Below, in pieces: positions 27,174 through 37,934 of a DNA stretch of 64,000 nucleotides. The translations under genes were made by a program, and so were the position numbers. This DNA is from an uncultured Candidatus Binatia bacterium. GTDB taxonomy: Bacteria > Desulfobacterota > Binatia > Bin18. A model generated the notes under the pieces. It did not search any database. It saw only the letters and a program-made list of their open reading frames with translations, and was not told the origin of the DNA. How positions within the stretch are numbered: position 1 is the first letter of the stretch; each line of letters opens with the position of its first letter. The stretch lies in the NCBI GenBank assembly GCA_965200965.1, contig OZ241744.1:3392001-3456000 (forward strand). Reading direction: 5' to 3'.

Positions 27174-27779
27174 ATGGCGAATACAAGCGTTCATCGTTAC
27201 TTCAAAAACCTGTCCGAGGCAGTTAGCACGATTTTTGAGGGGATGAGCATCACCTGTTCGCATTTTGTGCGCAAGCCGTATACCATCCAGTATCCGGACC
27301 GAACGCCCGTCAGGGTCCAGGATACCCTCCCGCCCCGCTATCGGGGTATTCTGGCAGTTGATCTCGAAATTTGTACTGGTTGCCTGGCCTGCGAGCGGGC
27401 GTGTCCGATTGACTGCATTGTTATTGACGCTCCAAAAGACCCCAAAACCCGCCAGATGGAGTTGGCCCGCTTTGACATTGATATTGCCAAGTGCATGTAC
27501 TGCGGCTTATGTAGCGAAGCCTGTCCAACCGGCTCAATTCATCATACGGCCGAGTTTGAAGGTGCCGATTATTCCCTGGAAAGTCTGATCCGCCACTATG
27601 TGGCTACCCCGGTCGCGGCCTATAAGGCCAAAAAGGGGGAAGAAACCGATCCCGCCATTGCTCCGATTCTGGAACGCGGTCTGGCCTATATCGCGGATTA
27701 CGCAGAGCCTATTGACATGAAGAAGTACAAAACTGCCCAACAGGAAGAAGCCGAAAAAGCGACCGACAACGGAGCCTAG
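27174..27779 (+). CDS. nuoI: NADH-quinone oxidoreductase subunit I
   Basis: TIQYP; two CxxCxxCxxxCP motifs. Confidence 0.95.
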   Translation: MANTSVHRYFKNLSEAVSTIFEGMSITCSHFVRKPYTIQYPDRTPVRVQDTLPPRYRGILAVDLEICTGCLACERACPIDCIVIDAPKDPKTRQMELARFDIDIAKCMYCGLCSEACPTGSIHHTAEFEGADYSLESLIRHYVATPVAAYKAKKGEETDPAIAPILERGLAYIADYAEPIDMKKYKTAQQEEAEKATDNGA

Positions 27780-27806
27780 AGCGCGGACAGCCCGAGAGCT
27801 ACGATT

Positions 27807-28316
27807 ATGAGTGCATTGGTCTTTTATTTGATTGCCGGGGTGACCATTGGCTCGGCCGCTATTGTTGCCTTTTCACGAAATCTTGTCTATTCGGCCTTTG
27901 CCTTACTCGGGACTTTGCTCGGGGTAGCCGGCCTGTACGCCATGCTGGCGGCTGACTTTGTAGCTGTTGTCCAAGTCCTCACCTATGTCGGTGGGATTCT
28001 GGTGTTGCTGATTTTCGCGGTCATGCTGACCCACCGTATTTCCGATGTCGCGATATCAAACCGCGTGGTCGGGCCGGTCCCGGCACTGCTCTTTGTGGTC
28101 CTTGTCGCCGGGGTGATGGGGATGTGTGTGATAGAGGCAAACTGGATCCAGTTCGCTACGACATCGGCTGAGCCAACCACCGCGGGTATTGGTCAGGCGT
28201 TCTTGGGGCCCTATATTTTGCCTTTTGAACTGGCATCGGTCGTGCTGTTAGTGGCCCTGGTTGGGGCGATCGTGATATCCCGCAAGGAAATTCGCGGACA
28301 GACACCAGCATCGTAA
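27807..28316 (+). CDS. nuoJ: NADH-quinone oxidoreductase subunit J
   Basis: QVLTYVGGILVL..F.VML and PFELAS motifs. Confidence 0.94.
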   Translation: MSALVFYLIAGVTIGSAAIVAFSRNLVYSAFALLGTLLGVAGLYAMLAADFVAVVQVLTYVGGILVLLIFAVMLTHRISDVAISNRVVGPVPALLFVVLVAGVMGMCVIEANWIQFATTSAEPTTAGIGQAFLGPYILPFELASVVLLVALVGAIVISRKEIRGQTPAS

Positions 28317-28344
28317 CCGATCTCTCACCTCCTACGCTGAACGG

Positions 28345-28674
28345 ATGGTTATGGACGAAGTTCTGCTCGCTATCGGGCTCCGCCACTTTTTGCTCGTCAG
28401 TTTGATCATCTTCGCGCTTGGCCTCTATTGTGTCCTGACCCGCAGAAACGCGATCGGGATTCTGCTCGGTGTGGAGTTGATCCTGAACTCGGCCAATATC
28501 AACTATATCGCCTTTTCGCATTACTCTTCCGGCCAGTACGACGGTCAGGTGTTCTCGGTCTTTGTAATTATGCTGGCGGCCGCTGAAGCCGTGATCGGCT
28601 TAGCGATCGTGCTGGGCATCTATCAGAACTTTTCAACCATTGACGTTGAGGCAACCGACCGTCTGCAGGGCTGA
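28345..28674 (+). CDS. nuoK: NADH-quinone oxidoreductase subunit K
   Basis: RRNAI...VELILNSAN and AAAEAVIGLA motifs. Confidence 0.95.
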   Translation: MVMDEVLLAIGLRHFLLVSLIIFALGLYCVLTRRNAIGILLGVELILNSANINYIAFSHYSSGQYDGQVFSVFVIMLAAAEAVIGLAIVLGIYQNFSTIDVEATDRLQG

Positions 28675-28677
28675 GCT

Positions 28678-30855
28678 ATGGAGCATCCTGTCCTTGTTTC
28701 GTATCTCCGCTGGATCGTCCTCTTCCCGCTGCTGGGGTCCATCATCAACGGGGTGGGCGGTGCGCTTATCCAAAAACATCTTGGTAAGGCGGCCAATCAC
28801 CTCATCGCGGTTGGCGCGGTTGGCATAGCCTTCGTGTTGTCGCTGGTGGCTTTTGTTCAGGTGTACAACCTTGAGCCGGCCCAGCGTTTCCTGCTGGATA
28901 TCACCCTGCGTTGGATCGACCTCGGCGACCTGCAAGTGAATATCGCCTTTTGGGTTGATCCGCTGTCCGCGGTCATGATTCTGGTTGTGACCGGTGTTGG
29001 CGGGCTGATCCACATCTACTCCATTGGCTATATGCACGATGATGACGCCTACTGGCGCTTTTTTACCTTCCTGAATTTGTTCACCGCCGCCATGCTGACC
29101 CTGGTCTTGGCCGATAATATGCTGTTGCTCTTTGTCGGCTGGGAGGGAGTTGGTCTGTGTTCATACGCCCTGATCGGCTTCTGGTATAAGGAGCAGGCCA
29201 ATACTTCGGCGGCCAACAAAGCCTTTATCGTCAACCGGATCGGCGATGCCGGCTTTACCCTGGGCGTATTCACGATCTTCTGGGCTCTCAGTTCGATGGG
29301 TCACGGCTCGGCGGTGTTCCGCGATATGGAAGCCCATATCGGCGTCCTCACCGATCCGAGTGTGGCGGTTTTCGGCGTGTCTGCCGTGACCCTGGCCGCA
29401 GTCTTTCTGTTTATTGGTGCGGCGGGGAAATCTGCCCAGATTCCGCTCTATGTGTGGCTGCCCGACGCCATGGCCGGGCCGACCCCGGTCAGCGCTCTTA
29501 TTCATGCGGCAACGATGGTGACGGCTGGGGTCTACATGATGTGCCGGCTGCACTTCCTGTTCTCGCTGTCACCGACTGCACTCCAACTCATCGCTACGGT
29601 TGGGGCGCTGACCGCGGTGTTCGCCGCGACTATTGGTCTGGCCCAGAACGACATCAAGAAAGTGCTCGCCTACTCCACCGTCAGCCAGCTGGGCTACATG
29701 GTCCTTGGGGTCGGAGTTGGGGCCTACGCCGCGGCCTTTTTTCACGTCTTTACCCACGCCTTTTTTAAGGCGTGTCTGTTTCTTGGTTCGGGGAGCGTGA
29801 TTCATGCTATGGGCGACGAGCAGGACATGCAGAAGATGGGCGGTCTCAAGGACAAGATGCCGACCACCTATTGGACATTCCTGATTTCAACCCTGGCGCT
29901 AATGGGGCTGCCGCCTTTCTCCGGGTTTTTCTCAAAAGACGAAATTCTGTGGAAGACCTTTTCGGGGGGGCATCAGGTCCTGTGGTTTTTAGGATTCCTC
30001 GGCGCGGGCATGACCGCTTTCTACATGGGCCGTCAGGTCTTCCTGGTCTTCTTCGGTGAGAATCGGGCCGACCACCATACCCAAGAGCACCTGCATGAAT
30101 CTCCGCCGGTGATGACTTACCCGCTCATTGTCCTGGCCGTTGGAACTGTCCTGGTCGGTCTCCTGGGTATTCCGCACGCCCTAGGTGGCAGTCTGCGCTT
30201 TGAGCAGTGGTTGGAGCCGGTTTTTGCCGGGGCGGGCCACGCCGGCGGGCACGGGCCGGCGGCGCACGGTCACGGAGCACCCGTCATGGAGTATGTCTTG
30301 ATGCTGGCGTCGGTGGGGATTGCCCTGTCGGGCGTCCTTCTGTCGGCCAGACTGTACCACTGGAAGACGCTGTCGCCGGACGTGTTCGCGTCGGTGGGCG
30401 GGGGACGGCTGTATACGACGATTTTTAATAAGTACTACATTGATGAGATATACGCGGCGACCTTCGTCCGCTTTTCGCTCTTTGTGTCGCGGCTGTGGTC
30501 GGCCTTTGATCGGATCATCATTGACGGCATTGTGGATGGGACGGCCAAGGTCATATCTGGTGTCGGGTCAATTGTTGGCATGTTTGATAGTGGCATTATT
30601 GACGGGCTGATCAACGTTGCCGCCAATGCCACCTTTGCCCTAGGCAATCGTCTCCGCCAAGTCCAAACGGGCGGCATTAATGTCTACTTGTATATGATTG
30701 TCGGTGGTGTGGCGGTGGCACAGTTCCTGCCGCGTCTGGTGCCTCAGACGCTGATCAATGTCGCTCTCACGCTCATTGTCGTGCTGGCAGTGATCGGTCT
30801 GATTGCTCTGTTCGCTCCCCGCCGCCCTGCCCCGACCCAGGAGAGCACTGTTTGA
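28678..30855 (+). CDS. nuoL: NADH-quinone oxidoreductase subunit L
   Basis: GWEGVGLCSY, KSAQIPLYVWLPDAMAGPTPVSALIHAATMV and HAFFKA motifs. Confidence 0.97.
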   Translation: MEHPVLVSYLRWIVLFPLLGSIINGVGGALIQKHLGKAANHLIAVGAVGIAFVLSLVAFVQVYNLEPAQRFLLDITLRWIDLGDLQVNIAFWVDPLSAVMILVVTGVGGLIHIYSIGYMHDDDAYWRFFTFLNLFTAAMLTLVLADNMLLLFVGWEGVGLCSYALIGFWYKEQANTSAANKAFIVNRIGDAGFTLGVFTIFWALSSMGHGSAVFRDMEAHIGVLTDPSVAVFGVSAVTLAAVFLFIGAAGKSAQIPLYVWLPDAMAGPTPVSALIHAATMVTAGVYMMCRLHFLFSLSPTALQLIATVGALTAVFAATIGLAQNDIKKVLAYSTVSQLGYMVLGVGVGAYAAAFFHVFTHAFFKACLFLGSGSVIHAMGDEQDMQKMGGLKDKMPTTYWTFLISTLALMGLPPFSGFFSKDEILWKTFSGGHQVLWFLGFLGAGMTAFYMGRQVFLVFFGENRADHHTQEHLHESPPVMTYPLIVLAVGTVLVGLLGIPHALGGSLRFEQWLEPVFAGAGHAGGHGPAAHGHGAPVMEYVLMLASVGIALSGVLLSARLYHWKTLSPDVFASVGGGRLYTTIFNKYYIDEIYAATFVRFSLFVSRLWSAFDRIIIDGIVDGTAKVISGVGSIVGMFDSGIIDGLINVAANATFALGNRLRQVQTGGINVYLYMIVGGVAVAQFLPRLVPQTLINVALTLIVVLAVIGLIALFAPRRPAPTQESTV

Positions 30856-30890
30856 GCGCGGTGACGCTCGGGGAAGCTTGAGGAGTCTCC

Positions 30891-32432
30891 ATGGAAAGTT
30901 ATGTGCTCACCCTGATTATCTTCTTCCCCCTGCTGGGGATGGTCGCCCTGTGGTGTCTGCCGAGCCAGGCGCACGAGTTGATCAGAAGGGTTGCCCTGGG
31001 GTTTACCATCCCGCCGCTGCTGTGCGGTTTTTACCTGTATACGGCCTTTGACGGTTCCAATACCGGTCTCCAATTTGTGGTCCAAGTGCCGTGGATTACC
31101 TCGTTCAATATTTACTACTTTGTGGGCGTTGATGGCGTAAGTATCACCATGGTGCTGCTGTCGGTCCTGCTGTGTCCCATCTGCATCCTGGCCTCATGGG
31201 GGATTGACCGGGCGGTAAAAGCCTATTTTGCCCTGTTTTTACTGCTTGACACCGCAATGGTTGGCGTGTTCTGCGCCCTGGACTTCTTCCTGTTCTACAT
31301 CTTCTGGGAGTTGATGCTGATCCCGATGTACTTTCTGATCGGTATCTGGGGCGGGCCGCGTCGAGAGTATGCGGCGATTAAATTTTTTTTGTACACCATG
31401 TTTGGCAGCGTGCTGATGCTCGTGGCCATGCTCGTCTTTTATTTCCAGTCTGACTTCTCTTTTGATCTGACCAAGCTGCCCGAGGCGGCAAAGACATTCG
31501 GGACTGATCCGATTCTGTTCGGCATGACCACGGGTCAGGTCCTGTGGGTTGCGCTCTTCATCAATTTTGCGGTCAAGATTCCGGCCTTTCCTCTGCATAC
31601 CTGGCTGCCCGATGCGCATGTCGAAGCTCCGACCGCTATTTCGGTTATTCTGGCCGGGGTGCTGCTGAAAATGGGCACCTACGGCATTTTACGGATTAAT
31701 TATCCGCTGTTGCCGGCAGAGACTTTCTTGTTAGCTCCCTATTTCCTGGCCGCGCTCGGTGCCTGGAATATCATCTACGGGGCGTTCTGCGCACTGGCCC
31801 AATGCTTCAATGAGCCGAAAGACCTGAAAAAGCTTGTGGCGTATTCCAGTATCAGCCACATGGGCTATGTCATGCTGGGCATGGCCTCCTTTACCCCCCA
31901 GGGCATCAACGGGGCGGTGCTCCAGATGTTTAACCACGGAACGATCACCGCCATGCTCTTCCTGTTGGTCGGGGTGATCTACGATCGTGCCCATCACCGC
32001 CGGATCGATGGCTTTGGTGGCCTTGCCTCGGTCATGCCGGTGTATACCGGGGTTGTGGCCCTGGCCTTCTTTGCCGCGATGGGTTTACCCGGACTGTCGG
32101 CCTTTATTTCTGAGGTCCTGGTACTGCTTGGGGCGTGGCAGAAGTATAAGATCCCCACTATCCTGGGCGCGGTAACCGTCATTTTTACCGCCGCCTATCT
32201 GCTCTGGACGATCCAACAGATGTTCCTTGGTCAGCCTAGGGATGACTATGAAGAGATACATCTGAGCGAGATCTCGAAGCGCGAACTCAGTACCCTGGTC
32301 CCGCTGGGGGCGATTGTGATTATCCTTGGGGTCTACCCACACGCCGTCCTGGATTTGATGGATGCATCGCTCCAGCATTTGAACAGTCTTATTGAGGCGG
32401 CGGTCTCAGGCAGCGCGGTTGCGCTTCGTTAG
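30891..32432 (+). CDS. nuoM: NADH-quinone oxidoreductase subunit M
   Basis: FWE, HTWLPDAHVEAPT, LLKMG and AYSSISHMG motifs. Confidence 0.97.
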   Translation: MESYVLTLIIFFPLLGMVALWCLPSQAHELIRRVALGFTIPPLLCGFYLYTAFDGSNTGLQFVVQVPWITSFNIYYFVGVDGVSITMVLLSVLLCPICILASWGIDRAVKAYFALFLLLDTAMVGVFCALDFFLFYIFWELMLIPMYFLIGIWGGPRREYAAIKFFLYTMFGSVLMLVAMLVFYFQSDFSFDLTKLPEAAKTFGTDPILFGMTTGQVLWVALFINFAVKIPAFPLHTWLPDAHVEAPTAISVILAGVLLKMGTYGILRINYPLLPAETFLLAPYFLAALGAWNIIYGAFCALAQCFNEPKDLKKLVAYSSISHMGYVMLGMASFTPQGINGAVLQMFNHGTITAMLFLLVGVIYDRAHHRRIDGFGGLASVMPVYTGVVALAFFAAMGLPGLSAFISEVLVLLGAWQKYKIPTILGAVTVIFTAAYLLWTIQQMFLGQPRDDYEEIHLSEISKRELSTLVPLGAIVIILGVYPHAVLDLMDASLQHLNSLIEAAVSGSAVALR

Positions 32433-32461
32433 GAGCGCACAGGCCCAAGACCGCGGAGCGT

Positions 32462-33976
32462 ATGATGAATCTTGGAAGTGTTGAGAGCCTTCCGTATTTC
32501 TATCCCGAAGGGATTCTCGTCCTGGCTATTCTTGTCATCTTCGTTGCCGACCTGTTTGTTGAAGAAAAGGAACGGCTGGGGAATATCGCCCTGATTGGTG
32601 TGACCCTGGCCCTCGTCTTTACCTCTGGACTGTCCGTGTTTGGGTTCCGCTTGATTGCCGGACTCCCCGGGGCTGGCGAAGGCTGGCTGTTTCACCGCAT
32701 GGTAGCGCTCGACAATTTTGCAATTTTCTTCAAAGTGATCCTGTCGCTGTCTGCCGTGGGAGCGATATGGATGTCTTTGAGCTCACGAGAGATCGAGGAC
32801 TCGGATCAAGGCGAGTATTACGCCATCCTGTTGGCCAGCACCTTGGGCATGTTTTTCATGGCCTCGGCGACAAATTTGCTGATTGCCTATGTGGCGCTCG
32901 AGTTTGTCAGCCTCACCTCGTACATCCTGACCGGCTATCTGCGGCATAACCGTCGCTCTGGCGAAGCTGCGCTGAAATATCTGATCTACGGGGGGGTAGC
33001 TTCGGGCACAATGATCTATGGCATGAGCTGGATTTTCGGTCTGGCCGGCAGCCTGGATTATGCCGAGATTAATGCCGCTCTGTTTCAGAGCAACCCCGAT
33101 CAGCTGACGGTTTTCATTGCGCTCGTCCTCATTCTGGCCGGTTTTGGCTACAAAATTGCTGCTGTGCCTTTCCATATGTGGGCCCCCGATGTCTATCACG
33201 GAGCGCCCATTCCGGTCACCGCCTTTCTGGCGGTTGGCTCAAAGGCCGGCGGATTCGCGTTGCTGATGCGTTTCTTCTATCCCGCCCTCTCCCAGCTGAA
33301 CGAAGATGGAGCCTGGCAGTTCCTGCCTGGAGTGGAATGGCCGCAGTTTATGCTGGTGATCGCCATGATTACCATGACGCTGGGCAATTTAGCCGCGCTT
33401 AATCAGGGGAATGTGAAACGCCTCCTGGCCTACTCCAGCATCGCCCACGCGGGCTATATCCTGATGGGATTTGTGGTCTTGAGCAACGACGGTTTGCGGG
33501 CGATGCTGTTCTACCTGATTGTCTACTATCTGATGACCTTGGGCTCTTTTGTCGTTGTTCTTGTCGTCGCCAATACGACCGGGCGTGAGGACCTTGACGG
33601 ATTCCGGGGCTTGGCGTGGCGTGGGGGGACGCTGCCGGCCATTGCGATGGGCATCTTCCTGTTCTCGTTGACAGGTCTACCCCCGCTGGGCGGATTCATT
33701 GGCAAGTTTTACTTGTTTGCCGCGGTCGTCAAAGAAGAGTTTTACTATCTTGCCGTCGTTGGTATCCTCAATAGTGTTGTCTCTCTGTACTACTACGCCC
33801 GTATTGTGAGGACGATGTTCCTTGACGATCCGGTTGGGACAGAGGGCGAGGTGAGGCTCGACCTGCATAACGGCTCAATCTTGGCCCTCCTAAGTGTCGC
33901 CACGGTCGTTGTAGGCGTCTACTGGGCTCCGGTTTTTGATTTTGCCGACCGCTCAACCCGTTTCTTTCTTGGCTAG
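32462..33976 (+). CDS. nuoN: NADH-quinone oxidoreductase subunit N
   Basis: EAALKY, KIAAVPFHMWAPDVY.GAP and KRLLAYSSIAHAG motifs. Confidence 0.97.
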   Translation: MMNLGSVESLPYFYPEGILVLAILVIFVADLFVEEKERLGNIALIGVTLALVFTSGLSVFGFRLIAGLPGAGEGWLFHRMVALDNFAIFFKVILSLSAVGAIWMSLSSREIEDSDQGEYYAILLASTLGMFFMASATNLLIAYVALEFVSLTSYILTGYLRHNRRSGEAALKYLIYGGVASGTMIYGMSWIFGLAGSLDYAEINAALFQSNPDQLTVFIALVLILAGFGYKIAAVPFHMWAPDVYHGAPIPVTAFLAVGSKAGGFALLMRFFYPALSQLNEDGAWQFLPGVEWPQFMLVIAMITMTLGNLAALNQGNVKRLLAYSSIAHAGYILMGFVVLSNDGLRAMLFYLIVYYLMTLGSFVVVLVVANTTGREDLDGFRGLAWRGGTLPAIAMGIFLFSLTGLPPLGGFIGKFYLFAAVVKEEFYYLAVVGILNSVVSLYYYARIVRTMFLDDPVGTEGEVRLDLHNGSILALLSVATVVVGVYWAPVFDFADRSTRFFLG

Positions 33977-34051
33977 CGGGGGAGATGAGCCAGGGCCAGA
34001 CTGGGACTTGCCTGCGGTGTCGGACGCAGGTATGATGGCCCTTCCTCTGGT

Positions 34052-34125
34052 CGGGGCGTAGCGCAGCCTGGTAGCGCACCTGCCTTGGGAGCAGGGGGTC
34101 GGCCGTTCAAATCGGCTCGCCCCGA
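34052..34125 (+). tRNA. tRNA-Pro(TGG)
   Basis: CGGGGCG/CGCCCCG acceptor stem; anticodon loop CTTGGGA; TTCAAAT T-loop. Confidence 0.95.
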
Positions 34126-34173
34126 TGGAAAGAATGTCAGGGATGAGGGTCCTCAGACTCTCGGCTGGTGAGG

Positions 34174-34247
<74 letters not shown>

Positions 34248-34250
34248 TAT

Positions 34251-34324
34251 GGTGGGTGTAGCTCAGTTGGTAGAGCACTTGGTTGTGGCCCAAGTGGTCG
34301 AGGGTTCAAGTCCCTTCACTCACC
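34251..34324 (+). tRNA. tRNA-His(GTG)
   Basis: G-1 plus GTGGGTG/CACTCAC stem; loop TTGTGGC; C discriminator. Confidence 0.95.
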
Positions 34325-34398
34325 CTTTTGGTAAGAGTCTGTTCCGCAGGCCGGACGCATGGTGGAGTTTTGCCTGGGATGAAACAGGCTCTTCCTCT

Positions 34399-34471
<73 letters not shown>

Positions 34472-34514
34472 TCTTTTGACCCGCATTGCCTGGAGAGGGA
34501 TTGGGGCGTATTCT

Positions 34515-34598
34515 GCGAGAGTGGCGAAACTGGTAGACGCGCTAGACTTAGGATCTAGTCCGCTTGTGCGGATGGGGGTTCAAGTCCCCCCTCTCGCA
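34515..34598 (+). tRNA. tRNA-Leu(TAG)
   Basis: GCGAGAG/CTCTCGC stem; loop CTTAGGA; long variable arm. Confidence 0.95.
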
Positions 34599-34637
34599 CT
34601 GCCCTGAGCCCGGCCTGCTCTCCACAGTGGTTCCAGT

Positions 34638-35969
34638 ATGAAAGTTTCTATTGATTCCGTTGATGCTGTTCAGAAAAAACTCGCTTTTGAGATTCCCGCC
34701 GAGCGGGTAAACCAAGAGCTTGAAAAGGCATATCGGACAGTCCAGCAGCAGGCTCGGCTGAAGGGATTTCGACCCGGAAAGGTCCCCCGGCCTGTTCTCA
34801 ATCGGTATTTTGGGGAGCAGATTGCTCAGGAAGTGAGTTCCTTGCTGGTGCAGGAGTCTTACCCCCGTGCCGTGGAAGAGCACGCCCTGCATGTCGTGAC
34901 ACAGCCCCAGATTGTGACAGAGAAACTCACCCCCGGTCAGCCGTTTTGCTATTCGGCAACGGTCGAAGTGCGGCCACAGGTGAATATTGCGGACTATGCC
35001 GGGATTGCGGTCGAAAAACCGCGGGAAACGGTGACCGAGGAAGAGGTTGAGGCGTCGCTGCAACGCCTCGCCGAAGCGATGGTCCAACTCGCTCCGGTTA
35101 CTGACCGGGACCGTGTTGAGGCTGGCGATGTGGTGACGCTCGATTATGTTGGGCTGCGGGGGGGGCGTCCGGTGCCGGGGTTTGAGGCCAAAGGCCGCCT
35201 CGTTGAGATGGGACGTGAGAGCGTACTGCCTGGCTTTCAGGATAACCTTCTTGGCGCACAACGGGGGAGGGTGCTCCAGTTCCCGGTGTCTCCGCCGCAG
35301 CCTGAGGGACAGGCGGGACAGACTGAGCCAGCCCCAGAAAGTGCCCAACCCATGCTCTTTCGGACTACCATCCACGACATCGCGCGCAAAGAAATCCCGG
35401 TCCTGGATGACGATTTTGCCAAAGACCACGGCGAGTGCGACACTCTGGAAGAACTCAGAAACAAAATTCGGGACAATCTGCGTCGGGCCGCGGACCGTCG
35501 GGCAGAAAATCAGCTCCACGAGGCGCTCCTGGCCGGGGTGTATGAAAAGAATCCGTTTGAGGTACCGCCCGGTTTAGTGCGTGAACAGCTCCGTCAGCTC
35601 TTTGTTGAGGCCGGTATTCAAAGACCCGAGGAAGACGTGTCGGTCGGGGAGGGCCGCTTGACAGACGAACTGCGTGACCAGTTCACGGTCCGGGCTCGAC
35701 AAAACGTTCGGGCCGTATTTATCGTTGATGCCCTGGTTGAGCAGCTGTCCTTGTCTGTGTCTGAAGAAAGCCTGGGTCAGAAGATTGAGGAACTGTTTTC
35801 TGCCAACCCGGAGCAAAAACAGCAGCTTGAGAATTTCTATGCCAAGGCTGAGAATCGGCAGACTCTGGAGCGTCAGTTGTTACGGGAGAGAGCGATCCAG
35901 GCTGTCGTTGCCAAGGCTGAGATAAAGCCAGTAGACAAGGCCGTTGCTGGTCTGCTGGAAAAAGACTAG
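34638..35969 (+). CDS. tig: Trigger factor
   Basis: GFRPGKVP signature; FKBP domain; upstream of clpP. Confidence 0.95.
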   Translation: MKVSIDSVDAVQKKLAFEIPAERVNQELEKAYRTVQQQARLKGFRPGKVPRPVLNRYFGEQIAQEVSSLLVQESYPRAVEEHALHVVTQPQIVTEKLTPGQPFCYSATVEVRPQVNIADYAGIAVEKPRETVTEEEVEASLQRLAEAMVQLAPVTDRDRVEAGDVVTLDYVGLRGGRPVPGFEAKGRLVEMGRESVLPGFQDNLLGAQRGRVLQFPVSPPQPEGQAGQTEPAPESAQPMLFRTTIHDIARKEIPVLDDDFAKDHGECDTLEELRNKIRDNLRRAADRRAENQLHEALLAGVYEKNPFEVPPGLVREQLRQLFVEAGIQRPEEDVSVGEGRLTDELRDQFTVRARQNVRAVFIVDALVEQLSLSVSEESLGQKIEELFSANPEQKQQLENFYAKAENRQTLERQLLRERAIQAVVAKAEIKPVDKAVAGLLEKD

Positions 35970-35986
35970 GGGGGATGGATCTCGCC

Positions 35987-36571
35987 ATGAACCTGATTCC
36001 CATCGTTGTAGAACAAACTGGCCGCGGGGAACGGGCGTACGATATCTTCTCGCGTCTGCTCAAAGACCGCATCGTCTTTCTCGGCACCGCTGTCACGGAT
36101 GAGGTCGCTAACCTCATCTCCGCAGAATTGCTCTTTCTCGAATCTGAGGACCCTGATGAGGATATCCGCTTCTACATCAATTCCCCCGGTGGTTCGGTCA
36201 CTGCTGGTCTTGCTATCTACGATACAATGCAGTACATCGGGCCGGATGTCTCGACTCTGTGCTTGGGCCAGGCGGCCAGTATGGCCGCCTGGTTGCTGGC
36301 GGCGGGCGCAAAGGGCAAGCGCTCTGTCCTGCCGCACGCCCGGGTCATGATTCATCAGCCCCTGGGTGGCGTCCAAGGGCAGGCCGTTGACATTGATATT
36401 CAGGCCCGCGAGATGCTACGGATACGGGAGCAGATGAATGAAATTCTGGTCAAGCACACCGGACAATCGCTCAAGAAGATTGAGCGTGACACTGACCGGG
36501 ACTTCTTTTTCGAGAGCAAACAAGCCGTGGACTACGGGCTGGTTGATGATGTGGTGGTAAACCGGAAATGA
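35987..36571 (+). CDS. clpP: ATP-dependent Clp protease proteolytic subunit
   Basis: [31 protein letters not shown] and MIHQP motifs; alternative start 35975. Confidence 0.97.
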   Translation: MNLIPIVVEQTGRGERAYDIFSRLLKDRIVFLGTAVTDEVANLISAELLFLESEDPDEDIRFYINSPGGSVTAGLAIYDTMQYIGPDVSTLCLGQAASMAAWLLAAGAKGKRSVLPHARVMIHQPLGGVQGQAVDIDIQAREMLRIREQMNEILVKHTGQSLKKIERDTDRDFFFESKQAVDYGLVDDVVVNRK

Positions 36572-36591
36572 CAGAACGGTGAGGAGCGGAT

Positions 36592-37842
36592 ATGGCCAGA
36601 CAGAGTGACGATCGCCCAGGAAACTTAGTGTGCTCCTTTTGTGGCAAAAGCCAGGACGAGGTGCGAAAACTCATCGCTGGCCCCACCGTCTATATCTGCG
36701 ACGAATGTATCGATCTGTGCAACGATATCATCGCCGAGGAGTGTGATCAGGAAGAATCCTTTACAGCAACCTCCGCTGTTCCCAAGCCGTCCGAAATTAA
36801 ACGCGTCCTCGATCAGTATGTGATTGGCCAGGAGCGGGCCAAGAAGATCCTGTCTGTGGCCGTCCACAACCACTATAAGCGGGTTGACTCGCAAATGGTG
36901 GCCAACGACATTGAGCTGCAAAAGTCGAATATTCTGTTGATTGGCCCCACCGGCTCTGGCAAGACACTTCTGGCCCAAACCTTAGCCCGTTTCTTGCAGG
37001 TGCCGTTCACCCTCGGGGATGCGACCAGCCTGACTGAGGCGGGCTATGTGGGCGAAGATGTTGAGAATATTATTCTGAGCCTGCTCCAGAATGCCGACTA
37101 CGATGTGGAGAAATGTCAAAAAGGCATTGTCTACATTGATGAAATAGACAAGGTTGCCCGCAAGGGGGACAATCCCTCCATCACTCGTGATGTGTCAGGG
37201 GAAGGCGTCCAACAGGCGCTGCTCAAAATCATTGAGGGAACGGTCGCCAGTGTCCCACCAAAAGGGGGTAGAAAGCACCCCCAACAAGAGTTTGTCCAGG
37301 TCGATACGACGAATATCCTCTTTATCTGCGGCGGAGCCTTTGTCGGACTTGACGATGTGATCCGCAGCAGGACCGGGGGGAAAAACATGGGCTTCGGGGC
37401 CGATGTCAAGGCCAGTTCAACTCGGAGCGGGAGTGCCCTGCTTACCGAGGTCCAGCCGGAAGATTTGCTGAAATTCGGCATGATTCCGGAATTTGTGGGT
37501 CGCCTGCCCGTCCTGGCAACGCTTGAGGAGTTGGACGACCAAGCCCTCGTGCGCATCTTGAAAGAGCCAAAAAATGCCCTCGTGCGGCAATATCAAAAGC
37601 TATTTGATCTGGAGAATGTCCACCTCCGGTTTGAGGAAAAAGCGCTTGAAGCCATTGCCAAAGAAGCCCTGACACGGAAATCCGGGGCCCGAGGTCTGCG
37701 GGCGATTATGGAAAACATCATGCTTGACGTGATGTACGATATTCCTTCTCAGCCAAACATCCGAGAGGTTGTTATTTCTGAAGAAGTGGTTACACACAAT
37801 GAACAGCCTCGTATTGAGCGCAATCTCAAAGCCACCGCATAA
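36592..37842 (+). CDS. clpX: Clp protease ATP-binding subunit ClpX
   Basis: CSFCGK...CDEC zinc finger, [16 protein letters not shown] and RKH motifs. Confidence 0.98.
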   Translation: MARQSDDRPGNLVCSFCGKSQDEVRKLIAGPTVYICDECIDLCNDIIAEECDQEESFTATSAVPKPSEIKRVLDQYVIGQERAKKILSVAVHNHYKRVDSQMVANDIELQKSNILLIGPTGSGKTLLAQTLARFLQVPFTLGDATSLTEAGYVGEDVENIILSLLQNADYDVEKCQKGIVYIDEIDKVARKGDNPSITRDVSGEGVQQALLKIIEGTVASVPPKGGRKHPQQEFVQVDTTNILFICGGAFVGLDDVIRSRTGGKNMGFGADVKASSTRSGSALLTEVQPEDLLKFGMIPEFVGRLPVLATLEELDDQALVRILKEPKNALVRQYQKLFDLENVHLRFEEKALEAIAKEALTRKSGARGLRAIMENIMLDVMYDIPSQPNIREVVISEEVVTHNEQPRIERNLKATA

Positions 37843-37934
37843 GGCCCGGTCATGGTCTGGCTGGCCGGGGGGGCGAGGATCGTCCCGCACTGGGGCGGTG
37901 TGAGAAAAAGGACCATCGCGACACAGGAGGGAAC

